This document shows positions 12,503 through 27,691 of a DNA stretch of 64,000 nucleotides, piece by piece. Both the position numbers and the translations under genes were made by a program. Source of the stretch: Geosiphon pyriformis uo1 (lineage: Eukaryota > Fungi > Glomeromycota); contig JAAOMT010000512.1 of the NCBI GenBank assembly GCA_016748015.1, positions 468,719 through 532,718 of the forward strand, in the 5' to 3' direction. Positions within the stretch are counted from its first letter, which is position 1. Each line of letters begins with the position of its first letter. Under the pieces are notes generated by a model. It had not been told where the DNA came from, made no database searches, and saw nothing but the letters and a program-made list of their open reading frames with translations.

Positions 12503-14784
12503 CACTTTAGAAGCCTTTTTCATAAAAGGGAAATCGCCGCGGTAATACAGCCTTAAAAAATGAAAATCTGTCATTATTTTTAGATCAAACCTCCAAGATT
12601 TTAAATGTACAAGATTGCATACATTGATCTTTTAAAAAAAAAAAAACTTTACAAATGAAATGAATGGTGGAGAATTATGACTGTTTTGAGTTTCTTTTTT
12701 TTTCTTTTTTGCAACATCAGGTATGGAATTATGACTTCATTTTCATACACTCGTTTGTTAAGTTTAACTTACAAAGAACACACACACACACACACATACA
12801 CACATAATTTTGAAATGGGAAAATTTTTTGTGACTCTCATTCCGGACGGAATTCGATTAAAGAACTTTAATAATAATGGATAGATAATAATTTTTTTCAG
12901 CCTGCTGAATAAGTGATTCATGGATCGTGTTTTAAAAAAATATAAAAATTTTTCTGTAGAAGTATACGGCTAATAATAACCTTTAAAATTTAACGTCTCC
13001 GAGGTGGAAACTTTAAAAACCGGATTTTTTAAATGGTGAATCACCCGAGTGTGTGTGTGTGTATGTATGTATGGGTGTATGTGTGACGTTGGTGGTGGTG
13101 ATGATGATAAGGGTCATCTCGGTTAAAAAAAAAAAATACACAATGTGAAAAGTTATAAATTATAATTGTCATAAAAAAATTTTTTTAGCTTCATCAAAAG
13201 GTCTTGGAAATAAGCTCACAAAGATTTTTTCTGATTCCAAAAGAGGTTGAAAGTTCTCCTTGTAGTTCGTAACTTTTTTTAAAAAAAAATTATTTAATAA
13301 TAACAATAACAACAATAATGGGAATAAATTAAAGCACCCTCTTAGCCAATACCGGAATAAATTCAATCATGAAAAGAATGACAAACTAAATAAATGAAAT
13401 TCCCTAATTATGAACTTTTAAAAAAGAGATTTCAAACGTGATTCGCGTGTCAAATGATTACTAAACATCTTCGAAAACAATGTGAATTAAATTATCTTTC
13501 ATTTAATATTGTTGTTTCATTGCTCATTTTGCTTGCCTACTTTGTTATCTATACGTCCATATTCAGTTTTCAATCTTTCCATGTAGGACTCTGGGGGAAA
13601 TTTATTGAATAGTGACGTGATTTTCCTAATGATATTTTAAGGTTCATTAGTGTATAAATTATAATCGCGCGCGTTATGGGAAAAATCTAAATCAATCAAA
13701 CTCTTATTGGAGGTAAAATAAGCCCTAATCCTATTCCTAATCATGATCATGATTCATCCATCCATCCATCCATCCATCCATCCCATCCCATCCCATCCCA
13801 TCCCATCTATCTATCCCATCTATCTATCTATCTATCTATCTATTTATCTATCTGTGATTCAACACCACCCGAATATCTTACCCTTAAATCATTGATAATA
13901 TTTTAAGTATTTTGATTATTCATTAAAAAGAGTAAAGTTTGCATTCGTGAAAAATAATGAATTTCAAATCAGTAATCATTTCATCCTTAATCCTTTTCCT
14001 TAAGCCTCTAAAATTTATTGTATGACGGCTTGTTGTCCTAGTCCAATTCAGGTAGTGAACCAATGATTATAATGTTAACAATATCTTGAATGCAATGTAG
14101 ATTCATAAATGGTTGAAATTAAATTATCAATTATATGCTTGAACGGTTTTTTTTTTTTTTTTTAATAATGGCTATACAAAAATAATTTTGTTAAATGTTT
14201 AATTAATTAATTAATTAATTAATGAATGAATGAATGAGTGAGTGAGTGAGTGAGTGAGTGAGAAAATAACTCGATTAGTAACTCTAAAGTGTTCATGTTC
14301 TCAAAATAATAATAATAATTATAATAATTATAATAATTATAATTCTGAAACATTCTATGACGGTGACTCAGAATCTGCGCGACTGACATTTGATAAAGAG
14401 GCTGGCTGGCTGTTCTCCTTTTTTGATTGTGAGAAATGAGGAAAAATTTTTTTTTTTAAAGTTCAAATCAAATATCAAAAATAAATTATTTGTTAGACAT
14501 TATAACCTTTAAGTTGAACAAATTTCCCGAAAATCAGTGACGTTTTAAATCAATGTCGTGTCAACTTCTAAGGTTTTTTATCATTGATCCAAAACTAGAT
14601 TTGATTCTCTATGAAATTTTATTCAAATATGCGCCGAATCCTCAATTACCTAAAATTGAATTTTTAGGTCACCTGTTAGAGCCATTGGGGAAAACTGAAA
14701 AAAAATTATGATTCATGTACGTACATCAATGAATGAGCATGAACTTTTTTCCTTCAAAAACAAAAACAAATCAGGAATCCCGGC

Positions 14785-14815
<31 letters not shown>

Positions 14816-15770
14816 TTTATTTTTAATTGTTATTATTATTAAAAAGATTTTCATCATTAAGGTTTCTTTCTTTCTTTCTTTTCTTTCTGTCATTCTCTCA
14901 CTCCTCAGATATATTTACTTTATCTATCATCATTAAAAAAACTTGACTGATAGACTAAAAAAAAAAACTAAGCCATACCAAATATACTACCAGTAAATGG
15001 TAATGTTTGTAACGCGTTTATTGATCATGGCTTTGGTAAGCTGCTAGATACAATCTTTTTTCACCTCCTCGTTACGTAAAAAGTCTTTGCCATTCTCTTG
15101 TTATGTAATCCCACAGAAATCTTCATCTTTCATCTTTTTTTTTTTTAATCATCTTTCATCTTCATTCTGAGGTCTTGTTCTTCTCCTTACCCATAATAAA
15201 TAATCATAATAATCATAATCATAGAAAGTTATTCCTGATCCCGAAGTTGTTAAAAAAAAAAAAAAAAAAAATCCAACGAAAAAACTCTTTTAAAGTTCAA
15301 ACCAATTAAACTCGATTTTTTTACCACCCTACCACTGTCCCATATCATTTCACATTGAAACTCTGACCCACACATTTTTTTACACAGCTCTTTTGACACA
15401 CCCACATAGAATCTTGGAATCGACAGAAATATATACACACACACAAATACACTCACACTCACACTCACACTCACACTCACATACATACACACATTGATAA
15501 ACTTTTACCGGAATCAAAAAGGTAAATGTCAATTATGAAATAATCCATGCAAATTTTTTTAGCACAAATATTAAAACACCAATTTTAATTCGAACTCGTG
15601 AATAAGAAAATTTTTTCTTAATTTCTTTTTAAAGTCCATTCTGGGCATCACCAATACCAATACCAATACCCAATACCAATACCCAATACTAATACTAATA
15701 CTAATACTAACACTAACACTAACACAACAATAATAATAACAATAATAACAACAATAACAACAAAACCATC
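11485..15770. repeat. Non-coding region with many simple repeats: (ATGT)n, (GGT)n/(AGT)n/(AAT)n, (GCT)n, (CATC)n/(ATCT)n, (ACACTC)n, (ACCAAT)n
   Basis: Arrays visible at ~11485-11565, 12193-12325, 12468-12500, 13755-13850, 15450-15480 and 15650-15725. Confidence 0.85.
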
Positions 15771-16959
15771 ATCATCACTTTGTAATTATCGCCTCAAATC
15801 GGTTGGATTAACTGCAGGCAACCCTGGGACTGCAGGATATTATCCCGACCACCAACATGGACCAATAAACTCTTCTGTTACACATCCTTATTTAATGTAT
15901 CCTCAAGATTTAAATTAAACTTTTTACCCTTGGTTATAATTTATTCCACGATAGGTCTTACACACGCCCACACACAACCATTGGATATGTTTCAATTTAG
16001 CCACTCGGCAAACTTGCATCATAAAAAAATATTTTGGAAAACATGAAAATCGAATCATTTTTAGCCTAATTTTAAATTTAGATCAAAAATTTTTTAAGCA
16101 TCTTTTTGAATGCGCAGTAATCGATTTTAAATCAAAAACGAATTTTCTAGAACACCTCATACTACTCATCTGACAACATTATTTTCCCAAAATGATGTCA
16201 AAAATGCAGTTGATCTTTAGAATATATTGAATAAAACACTTGTTTTTACATTCTTTTAATAGTTTTTTAGTCTTTTAAATCATGATATTAAACCATTTTG
16301 TCAATAATAATAATAATTTAACATATATATATATAAAAATAAATAAAATCTTGTTTTAAATAAAATATATATATTGTAAAATTATTAAAAAAAATTTGTT
16401 ATTATTAGTGAATTTAAATAAAACAATTATTATAATGTTAAATTAATATTTTTTTTATAATTTACATTAAAAATTGTTTTTATTAAAATAAATTTTCGCA
16501 ACTTTTTACTATTACATATTTTGGTTTAATATATATAATTTTAGATGATTACAATAATTTGTCATGTAATTTAAAAATAAAATTTTTTAATACTAAAACA
16601 TAAAAAATATAATTTTTTGTTTGTAATTATTAAAGTAAAAGTTTATTAAATTATTTAAATTAGTTTTATTTAATTGAATTAATAACTTAATTATATTATC
16701 ACAATTTTTATAATATTTAATTAATATTATTTTATTATAAATATGTATATATATATATATATATATTATACATAATTTTATTTGAATTTTATAAAATATC
16801 AAATTTTAAAAATATGTATAATTATTATTAATATATAAAAATCAAAATTTAAATTATCTTATTTTCAAAATAATTGTTTTTATTTTTTTTTATAATAATT
16901 TTATAACTTTTTTTATTATTATTAATTTCAATAAATTTATTATTATAACTTAATTTTGG

Positions 16960-16992
<33 letters not shown>

Positions 16993-17769
16993 TATTTATT
17001 TATTTTATTAATTATTTGATTTTTATTTATATATTAAAATTTATTTTTTTACTTTATTATAATTAAATATTAAATTGTTTTTTTAAATTAAAAATATTAT
17101 AATATTTAAAAAATTTGTAAATAGTATTAAAAATTATTATTATTTTATGTATTTTTATTTTAATAAGTATTAATTTTTTAATTTTTTTTATTATTTAATT
17201 ATATTAATTTTTTTTATTATATTTAAGTTTTGTATTAATTAGAATATAATAAATTAAAAAAATAAAAAATTAATAAAGTAACTTATATTTTATAATATTT
17301 AATATAAAAAGTTATAATTAAAATTATTATATAATTTATAATAAAAATAATATACAAATAATTTTTTGTAAAAAACTTTTATAAAATATGTATATAGACT
17401 AACAATATTATAGTTAAAGAATTTTATATATATATATATTTATTAAAATATTAAATTAAAATAATTTATATGGTATTTAAATTTCTTATAAATAATAGAT
17501 TAACAAATTTAAACTTTTACACAATAAAACAAACTAAATTAAACAAGTTTTTTATAAAATAGTAAATGTTTTTAAATATTATTCTTCTATTTACTAAAAA
17601 AATAATTAATAATATTAAAAAACAACATAAAATTTAAATTTAAAATATTTGTTATAAATATATTAATTTAATTATTGTTTATATTATTAAAATAATTTTT
17701 TATTTTAATTTAACTAATATTTGAATTATTATTTACTATAAAATTAGAAATATATTATTAATTTATTAT

Positions 17770-18452
17770 TATTTATAAAATAATTTAAAAAAAATAAGTA
17801 ATAATTAAATAGAAATTATCAAACTATATAATACCAAAAATTTCAAAAATACCAAAATTTTTTTTAGAAATTTTAAAAATATTAAAAATTTTAGAAATAT
17901 TAGCAAAAATACCAAAAATTTTAGTAATTTAGAAAAAATATAAAAATTTTTAAAGATTTTAAATATTTTATATTATAAAAATTTATATATATAATATTAT
18001 TATTAAAAACAAAAAAAAACAATTAAGTTCAATTAAATTTTTACTAAATAACTTTAGTAATTAGAAATTTGATACTTAAAATAAATATTTTTTTAAAATT
18101 ATTAATTATTTATTAATTTTTTATAAATTAATATTTATTTTATTAAAATTTACTTATTTTTAATTAATATTAATAATATTAAAACAATAGTTTTTGATTA
18201 TAATTATTAATAAAATATTATTTTTTTATTTTTTATTTTTTTATTTTTTATTTTTTTATTTATTAATTAATTAAAATTATAATATTAAAGATTATTTAAT
18301 AAAAAATATAAAAACAAATATAAAATTAAGTTAGTAAATTTTTAAATTTAATTAATAAATTAAAATTAGCTTATAAACTAAAATATTATCTAATTATTAT
18401 AATATTTAATATTTTTTATAAAAAATTAATTTACAAAAAACAGAAATACTAT
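17770..18452 (+). mobile_element. Highly decayed A-type LTR fragment, interrupted by element D (left boundary approximate)
   Basis: 18170-18300 (aaaacaatagtttttgattataattattaataaaatatta...T tract) matches the A-family LTR core ggaacaatagctcttgattatagctattaatggaatacta after C>T/G>A changes. Short U3-like repeats at 17830-17950. Confidence 0.55.
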
Positions 18453-19223
18453 TGTTACAAATAATTATTTAGAGTGTTGAAATAAATAATAAACCTATAA
18501 CTTAGTACTTAATAACTAATTAAATTGATGTTATTTAAAAAGTTTTCAAATCTAGTTAAGTTTTTTATATAATAGACAGAAATTTAATTGGTAGTTTCTA
18601 AATAGTTATTTTTTTTCGATTTTATTATTCTTATTTTACAGATTTTTTATCAGACTATTTTTGACATTAATATTTTAATACTTAATTTTTTAATTAATTT
18701 AGTAAACAACAAAAAAAACAGAAGAAAAAAAATTAAAAAATAACAGAAAAATAAGAAAAAAAATTAAAAAATTAGTATTTTATTAATAGCTGTAATCAAA
18801 AGCTATTGTTCCAAAGTAATTAAATATCAAATATTATTAGTATAAATTGCAAATAGTATAAAAGTGATAAATATTTTCAATTAATAGATAATAATATAAA
18901 TTAGATATTCAATAAATATTTTATTAATATAAATATAATTTTGCTTTAAATAATAGAAATTAACTTTTAAAAGAAGAGATATTTTTAACCATCTGTTTTA
19001 ATTACTTGTCTGTCTTTTTTTACTTTTAATATTACTATTATATATATATAATTCTTATTATATAAAATATTATATATTTTTACTCTTTTTCTATACTATT
19101 TTTTAGAAATATATTTATTTTTAAAAATATGTTATGATTTTTTGACTATTATTTTTCTATTAATTTATTCTTATAATTTGTCTTTTTTATTTATTTTCTT
19201 TGTATTTTTTTTTATAAGTAATA
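18453..19223 (-). repeat. 3' LTR of element D
   Basis: Starts TGTTACAAATAATTATTT (cf. A LTR TGTTACAGGTGACTACTT), ends AAGTAATA; followed by ttatcttttttttt-aatattaagttttattaaaa, homologous to the A PPT region. Confidence 0.8.
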
Positions 19224-21701
19224 TTATCTTTTTTTTTAATATTAAGTTTTATTAAAATTTTCTTACTTTTTAGTTTAAATTAAATCCATTACTTTTTTTT
19301 TAATATCATTTTTTTATTTTGTTTTTTATTTTTTCAAATTGTAAGTTAGTTGTTTTTTTTTATTGGTTAATAGTTATAGTTTTTATTTTTAGATGCAATA
19401 GTATCTCCAAAAATTTTTAAAATATTATATGTAATTGATAGATTGTTTTAATATATAATATTAAATTTTTTTTTTAATAAAGTTTTTAATTTGTTGTACT
19501 ATTTTTTAATTAAACATTTTTTGGATTTGTTAATATACAATTCTTAAATATTCAGTTTTTATTCTAATTAAAAATAACAATATATTGTTAAAAACTATTC
19601 TATTTATTGTTTTCAATTTTTTTTAGTTAATTCTTCTATAAAAATAATAATTAATATTTTCTTAAAAATGTTCTTTATTTATTTTTTTATCTTATTTAAT
19701 TAATAATTTGGTTGTTTTTATAATTGTTAATATGAAATACTTTTTGTTTTGTGTTTTTATAGCAAATTATTTGATAATTAATAATTATTTTTATGTTCAA
19801 TTATTATTAAATTATTGCTTAAAATAATTATTGTGCTATAAAGTAAATGTTGTCTAAAATTTCTATTTTTTATGTTTGTACTTTTTTACATACTGCTAGT
19901 TTTTATATAATTTTTGGTTGGTTTTTTTAACATATTTACTTTAATAATTATAATTGGTTCCAGATTTTGTGAAATTTTATCTGGTTTAATTGGTATTTTC
20001 TGTGTTCTTAATTGTAAAATATTATTATTTAATAATATTATTATATTAAAATATAGTTTAAATCTAATACTATGTATTGCTTTGGCTAAGATTTTGTTTT
20101 TTTATCTTAATTTATATGTTCTATTTTTCAAAATTTTGTTAATATAAAATTAATTATTCTATTTGGAATCAAATTTTTTACTTTATTGTTTTTCTACTTT
20201 AATATAATATAAAAGTACATTGTTTTTAATCTTAAATTTAATTAGTTTATTTAATAGATAATTATTATGTCATTTTTTTTTTACTTTTTTATAATTTTTA
20301 TATATTATCAACAGTTTTTTTTTGTTTTTCAATGTTTTTATTAAGTTATATGTTTTTTTAATAATATTTTTTAAAAATTAGCTTCTGTTATTGATTTGAT
20401 TAAATAAATATTAATATTTATTTTAATTGATAATATTGTTGTTTAATTATAGACTAACTTAAATAGTATTGCTTATATAGTATCTTGTTTTATTATTTAA
20501 TAAGTAAATAATATTAATAGTATAAACAAATTTTATTTATCTTAGTTTTCTTAAATAATTTTGGCTATTGTTTTATATAGTATTCTATTAAATTTTTTAA
20601 CTAAGCTATTTATTTGTAAATAATATAAAGATAATAATAGTCTTTTAATTTCAAATTTTTGACTTAATTTTATTAATGTTTTGTTTACAAAGTAAGTTCT
20701 TTGGTCTAATAACAATTTTTTTGAATATTTATATTAGCAGATTAAATTTTGGTATAGAATTCAACTATTAATTTTACATTTACTCTTTGAATAGTTTTAA
20801 ATTTTGGCCATTTTATAAAATAATATGATAACTGTTATGTATTTATTGTCTTTGTTAATTATTGTTAACAGTTTTATTAAGTTAATTTTAACTTGATTGA
20901 GTCTTGTTTCTTTTTTTTTTGGTTCTTTTTATAATTAATTTTCTATAAAAATGTTTTGTTATTAGATTTGAGTATATATTAAACAGTATTATTTCTTTTT
21001 CTAGTTTTGTAATTATTTTAAGTGGCTGGTTTGGTTTTTTTCTGTTTTTTTATAATATATTTTGGTAAATAATAAAGTATTTCAATTGTTATTTTATGTT
21101 GTTTTGTTTTTTTTAAGATATTTTTTCTTTGAATTATTGAGTATTAATATAATATTAAAGTTGTTAATATTTTTGGATATTTATTTTTTAATGTATTTTT
21201 AAGTTAAAATGTTTTTAGATTTGTTTCTTTTATAATAATCTATTAATAATTTTTTTTTTATAATGTACTATATATTTAAATAATAATAATTATATTTTCT
21301 ATTATGTTTAATAATCATCTTTAAATTTTTGTTTTTGTATTGATATTAATTTTTTGTGGTTTGGGTATATATTAAACTTTTAATTTAAGTATTTTTTCTA
21401 TTTTATTACAGTTTAATAATAACCAAATGTTTTAATCTTAAGATTTTATGGTTTTTTTTACTGAACTCAAACTTTAATTGACATATATTATTAAATATTC
21501 TTGTCTATTAAATTTTTTCTACAATAATATAACTTTTAATGCTTGGTTTAATGAATTTGTAATAATAATAAATAATTTGTTGTAGTCTAAATAAATTAGT
21601 ATTAGAGCTTAAATAAGTTTTTTTCTCAATATATTGAAAGCTTTTTATTGCTTTTTAGTTTATTTATACTTGATATTTTTAGCTTAGAACTAATAGAATA
21701 G

Positions 21702-22536
21702 TGTTATTTAAGTAAAAAAACCAATTCAAAAAAAGCTATAAAAAATATAATTAAAAACATTATAAACATAAAATAATACAAAATAATATGTAATAATTCA
21801 GAATAATACAAAATAATATATTTTAATATATTTTAATATAGGATAACTAGTTATAATATAAAAAAATAAAACAAGAACATAAATAGTAAATAATAACTAA
21901 GAATAATAAATAATTAAAAGCAATCTTATAAAACTAGAAAATATGTATAAAAACAAATAGTTTTAACAGATAAAAAAGACAAACAAATAGTTAGAAAATT
22001 AATTTTATAATTAATTTTATTCTCTTACCCATTTTTTCAAAAGATAGTTTTTTATATCTTGAAATAAAATTATTATTTTATTATTTAATTCATGTTATTT
22101 TTCGATTTTATTAGCAATTCATGCTAATAATATCTGTTATTTAATCATATTAAACCAATAGCTTTTAATTATAACTATTAATAAGATACTAATTTTTTAT
22201 TTTATTTTATTTATTTATTTTTTATTTACTAATTGATTAAGAGATTAAATGCTAAGATATTAATATTAATAATAGTCTGATAAAAGACCTATAAAATAAA
22301 GATAAAAACTTAAAAATAGCTTATTAGAAAGGCATAATTGTCAAATTAAACCAGTTTTCATACTAAAGAAAAAAATTTGGAAAGAATTATTATTTGAATC
22401 TTTGTTTATTATATAAAAAATTTTATGAAAATCTTTAGATTACAAAAATTTTCAGATATTAACAGTATTATTAGTTATTAAGTACCAAATTATGAGTTTG
22501 TTATTTATTCCAATACCCAAATAATTATCTGTAATA
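21702..22536 (+). mobile_element. Solo LTR (A-related R/U5) inserted in RT-RH of element D
   Basis: TGTTA...TGTAATA termini; TSD ATAG at 21698-21701 and 22537-22540; host sequence rejoins colinearly with element A. Confidence 0.8.
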
Positions 22537-23811
22537 ATAGTTAAACCAATTTGAAAAAATTGTGAATAAAGTATTGATAATATCCAGTAAATCTTAGAAA
22601 TAATTAGAGTTTTATAAGATTGGTAAGTACTAAAAAGTTTTTAATTATTTTAATCTTATTTGAATCTGTCTTAATACTATCTTTGTTAATAATATATTTT
22701 AAGAACTTAAGTTCTGTTTTTCCAAAAAAACACTTAATAATATTTAATTTTAATTTTTTTTTTCTCAACTTTTTAAATATTTATTGTAGATAATAGAAAT
22801 AATTATTAAATATCTTGGAGAATATATTAATGTTATTTAAGTAAACTATCATTAATTTTCATAATAATTTAGTATAGATAATTTCTATTAATTATTAAAA
22901 TATAATTAAAGCATTAATTAAGCCAAAAAACATAATATTAAATTCAAAGTTTTTTTTTTGTAGTGAATACTGTTTTTTTTTATTAGCTGAATTTATGGCT
23001 ATTTGTTAATAACTATTATTTAAGTCTAATATTAAGAATTTTTTTTTTATTAAAAACATCAAACAATTTTTGTATAAGTGGAATTAAATAGCTGTTTTTA
23101 TAAATAATACTGTTAAGTTTTTTGTAATCTATATAAAAGCAGATTTTTCTGTTTTTTTAAACAAATATTATTAGTAATAATTATAGATTTATAAATAATT
23201 AAATTAAACTTTTATTTAACATTTAGTTAATTTTTTAGCAAATGATCTTATAACTGACAAGTAATACTTAATATGCTTTTTATTTATTAACATAATATCT
23301 TTAATCTTGATTTAATATTAGATAATATTTGTTTTTCTAAATTTATTTTTACTTACAAAAATATTAATAAAGTTGTTGAGCAATAATTTGATTTATATAT
23401 ATTAGAGTGAATTTAAATTTCTTATTTGCTCTAACTGTTTTTATTATAATAAATAATATTTTTTTTATCTCTAGATTATTTATAATATAAAATTTATATA
23501 TTTACATAATTGTAGAAAGTCTGAAATAGTGGTAAGTAATTGTTTTTTAACTTTTGTATTTATATATCTAATAATAATTCTAATTAATATTTCAATTAGA
23601 TTTTCTATTATGTTGTGAATTGAAATCTTAATATGTTTATGGTTTTTGGCTAATAGATACAAATTAGTAATAACAATTTTTTTATTTTACAAATAGTTGA
23701 TTTTACTTCAAAAATCTGAAGTTAATTTTTCATTTTTTTGTTATTTCTAATATATAATAATCATATGAAAAAATAAAAATTGGTTAATTTATAGAGATAA
23801 TTTTTCTTTAC

Positions 23812-26012
23812 TATTACTTAATAAAAATTAACAAAAATCAAAAATAATAATAACATAATATATTAACCAATTATTAATAATAATATAAATAGCATAAATT
23901 AATAAATAAAATTAAAAAATATAATATATATATAATAATATACAAAATATGTACAAATATATCCAATTTAATGTAATCATAAACAAGTAAACCAAAAGGC
24001 ATTGTTATTAGAGATTTTTGGTCTCTTTTTTTAAATGTTGTTAATGCTTGTTTGTTGTAAATTTATGTTTTTTTGAAAGCTAATAAATCTTTGATAACTG
24101 AATTTATCTTCAAATTATCTTCTATAATTTGAATTGCTGGACTTATAAGTAGAATGACCAATTCTATACCAGTTACTTTATGTAGTTATATTGTAGTAAA
24201 TGTTAACTCTTTTTCAAGAATTGCTTATCTGAAAGTTCACTAAAATGTGTAGTTACTTTGCTGTGAAAGTCAACTTTTTTACAGAAATCTTATCTGTAGA
24301 CTACCTTAATGATTATAATAAGAAAATAAAATAAAAATAAAAGAAATATAAAAGAAATAAAATGTTGTCAAAAAAATTGTTTTCTATTTAGGCCTGGAAT
24401 TATTAACAAATTACTAAAATTGGTAGCTAATTAATTTCAAAATATTAGTTGTATTAAGAGAATTTCAAGTATAATAATTAAAAATTTAGGTTTTTTAAAT
24501 GTTTGATTTTATTTGATTTGTAAAGATGATTCTAAGAAAGATAAATCTAAAATAAAATATTTATGATAAGATATATTTTCTCAAAGAGAGAAACTTTTCT
24601 TTTATACAACTTGTTGTAATATTAATTTATAAACTTGAACTTTCTTTTTTGTTATAATTTCAATAAACTAAAGATATATTTTAGCAAACTACAAGTTATT
24701 TTGATGAACTATTAATTATTTTAGAACTTTATCTATTATTTTAACAAATTTTTATAGATTTTGGTGAATTTTTGAATGTTAAATAGTTCAGAGTATTGTG
24801 TAATTTAATTATCTTAATTTCTATAATACAAATTGAATTATTAATTAAATAAGAATATTTGATAATTTGATTAAATAATAGTAATAATTAAAATATTTAA
24901 TAATATATGCTAATTAATAATAGGAATTATAAGAATAATTTCATGCTAGTTAATAGCTAAAATTCTACTAGTAACAGCACTTACAGTCAAACAAAAGATT
25001 TAATAACTTAGTAATTACTTATTAATTAGTTAAAATAAGCACAATTATATATAACTTGAAATATATATATATATAATAACTTTCTAAAAAAAATTAAAAA
25101 ATTAAAAATTAATTAAATAAAAATAAAAAAAGACAAAAAAATTAAATTATAATTTCAAAAAAAGCCAAAAAATATGTTTTTCTAACTTTATATTATAATA
25201 TTTACTAATACTAAGATCAATAAAATTAAAATTCATTTTTTTTATAATTAAATCTTAAAAAAAACTGTTAAATTTTCTGTTACTACTTTTTATTGATAAA
25301 AACAACAAAATACTTAACACAATAATAGAGTATAAACAAGATTTAAGTTTAACAAAATTAAAAACACATTAAAAAAATATTAACTATATTCAATTATATA
25401 GAATCTATTCATAATAATATTTTGGTCAATATCAACAGTTAACTTTAAAATTCAGAATAATTTTTTTATGTTTTAAAAAAATAATCTTTAATCAAAATTA
25501 TTTTCAAATATTAATTTTGTTAAATTCTGTTTTTTTTTAATTTTTTTTAAATTTATTAAGAATAAAATACTACTTTACTACAAATAAAAAAATACAGATT
25601 TCTGATATTAGTATAATATAAAAAGAATATATTCAAAAAAAGACACAATTAGAAGTATAAGAATACAACAAAAATTTTTCTTAAAAAACTAGTATAGTAG
25701 TAACTACCAACAGCAATTTTAACAAAAACAATACATAAAATATTAAATCAAATAAAAAAACACTTACCAGAGAAAATTATTTAATACTTGTTAAAAGTTA
25801 AAAAAACTTTTCAAGCTAACTTTTAGGTTCTTAATAAAAAAAATAATAGTAATCTATCAAATAAAAATCTAGCATAAATTAAGAATAACATTTATTAAAT
25901 TAATATATTTATTTATGTGTTATAATTAAATAATTCTAGTATTATTATTTAATCTAAAGCTATATTAGAAATTAATTATAATAAAATTTTTAAAAAAAAT
26001 ATCTTTATAATA
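23812..26012. mobile_element. Probable solo LTR of a third family (~1.2 kb net), itself carrying a B-family solo LTR
   Basis: TATTA...TAATA termini (eroded TGTTA...TAACA); flanks TTAC (23808-23811) and TTGC (26013-26016); element D pol resumes exactly afterwards. Confidence 0.6.
24003..24976 (-). mobile_element. Solo LTR of family B
   Basis: Reverse complement of the B LTR along its length (e.g. gtctctttttttaaatgttg, aatttcatgcta); TGTTA...TAACA termini; TSD GCAT (23999-24002) / GCAC (24977-24980). Confidence 0.9.
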
Positions 26013-26742
26013 TTGCTTAATTATTATTATTATTTTTATTATATTTATTAATATTTCTATTTTCTTTATTAATCCAAATTTATTTATTTTTTTTGTTGTT
26101 ATCTTTAATTATTTTTTTGTTTTCATTAATACTAATTATTCTATTTTAATTAAAAACAGAAATAATATCTATATTATCTTTTTATTTGATTTAATTATAT
26201 AAGTTTTTATTTATTTATTTTATAGTATTATAATTATATTGCTTATATATTTTGTATTAATTATTTCTTTTTTAATACTAATTTTTTTTGCTAAACTAAA
26301 TTTGAATGCTAATTAAACTATTGTGGTTGTTAAAATTTTTTGTAATATTTTTAAATCTATATTGATATGTAAATAAAATTCCAATATAATAATATTTTTT
26401 CTAGAATATCTGAAATTAAATTCTGTATTTATATTATATATAAGTTTTGGCTTAATATTTTTATTATTATTACTGAATTATTTTAATTTTTGTTCTATAA
26501 AAAAATCTAAAAACACAATATATTGTTTGGAATTTAAATCAGAATCTGAATTGTTGTTACTATTGTTAATTTGAACTGAACCAAAACTATTATTATTATT
26601 ATTATCATTAGAGTTAAAATTAGAATTAATTACTAATTTTGATTTTTTTGAGTATTAAATAGATTATATAAATAACAATTTAAATATAAAAAAACTTTGT
26701 TTTATATAACATTTATAAATATTTTTTTGTTTACCTAATTAT

Positions 26743-27691
26743 TGTTACTCATAAAAAAATACAAAAAAAAATAGAAAAAACAAATAGAAAAATAAACCAA
26801 TAAGAAAATAAGACTTAACAAGTAAACACAATATTAAAAAATTATAACATATTGCTTAGTAATAAGTACATTGTCAATAAATTATAACATACTGCTTAAC
26901 AATATGCACATTGTTAGAAAATTATAGTATATTGCTTAGCAATGAATACATTATTAGAGAAAATAAGACATATTGCTTAAAAAAATACAAGATTTCATAT
27001 AATATAAATTATATATATATAGTAAAAGTGTTAAAAGCAGAAAAAATAATTCCAAAAGAATTCAATAGAGTTTATATTAATTTAGAACAATACACTTTTT
27101 TTTAAAAAATAGTTTTTTATAACTTAAAATAGAATTATTCCCATATTAATAAAATTATCAATTATTATTGAATCTATGTTATTATTATTTGATTAAAAAT
27201 ATTAATTATTTTTACCACTATTAATACTTCATGTTAATAAAATCTGATATTTAACTATATTGAACCAATAGCTCTTAATTATAGCTATTGATGAAATACT
27301 AATTTCTTATTTTCTTTTTTTATTTCTTTTTATTTCTTTTATTTTTTTATTTTCTTTTTATTTTATTTATTTGTTGTATACTAATTGATTAAAAAAATTA
27401 AACACTGAGTATTTAATGTTAAGAATAACCTGATAAAAAATCCAAAAATAAGGATAGAAATTTAAAGATAGCTTACCAGAAGAATACAACTGCCAGAATA
27501 AACTGGCCACCATACTAAAGAAAAAAATTCATGAAAAAAACTATCAATTGAATCTCTGTTTATTATACAAAAGACTTAACCAAAACCTTCAAACTCCAAA
27601 AACCTTCAAATATTATCAAGATTACCAGCTATTAAGTATTAAGTTGCAGATTTGTTATTTGTACCAATATTTCAAATAATCATCTGTAATA
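26743..27691 (+). mobile_element. Solo LTR (A-related R/U5, ~40-bp tandem repeats in U3) inserted in element D
   Basis: TGTTACTC...TGTAATA termini; TSD TTAT at 26739-26742 and 27692-27695; tandem ACATATTGCTTAG... units at ~26827-26980. Confidence 0.85.

Noticed and set aside
12377-12574. 65-aa poly-Ala ORF
   Set aside because: Built around a (GCT)n repeat; no recognisable domain.
26827-26980. ~40-bp periodic repeats that could suggest a CRISPR array
   Set aside because: Tandem units without unique spacers, inside an LTR U3 in eukaryotic DNA.
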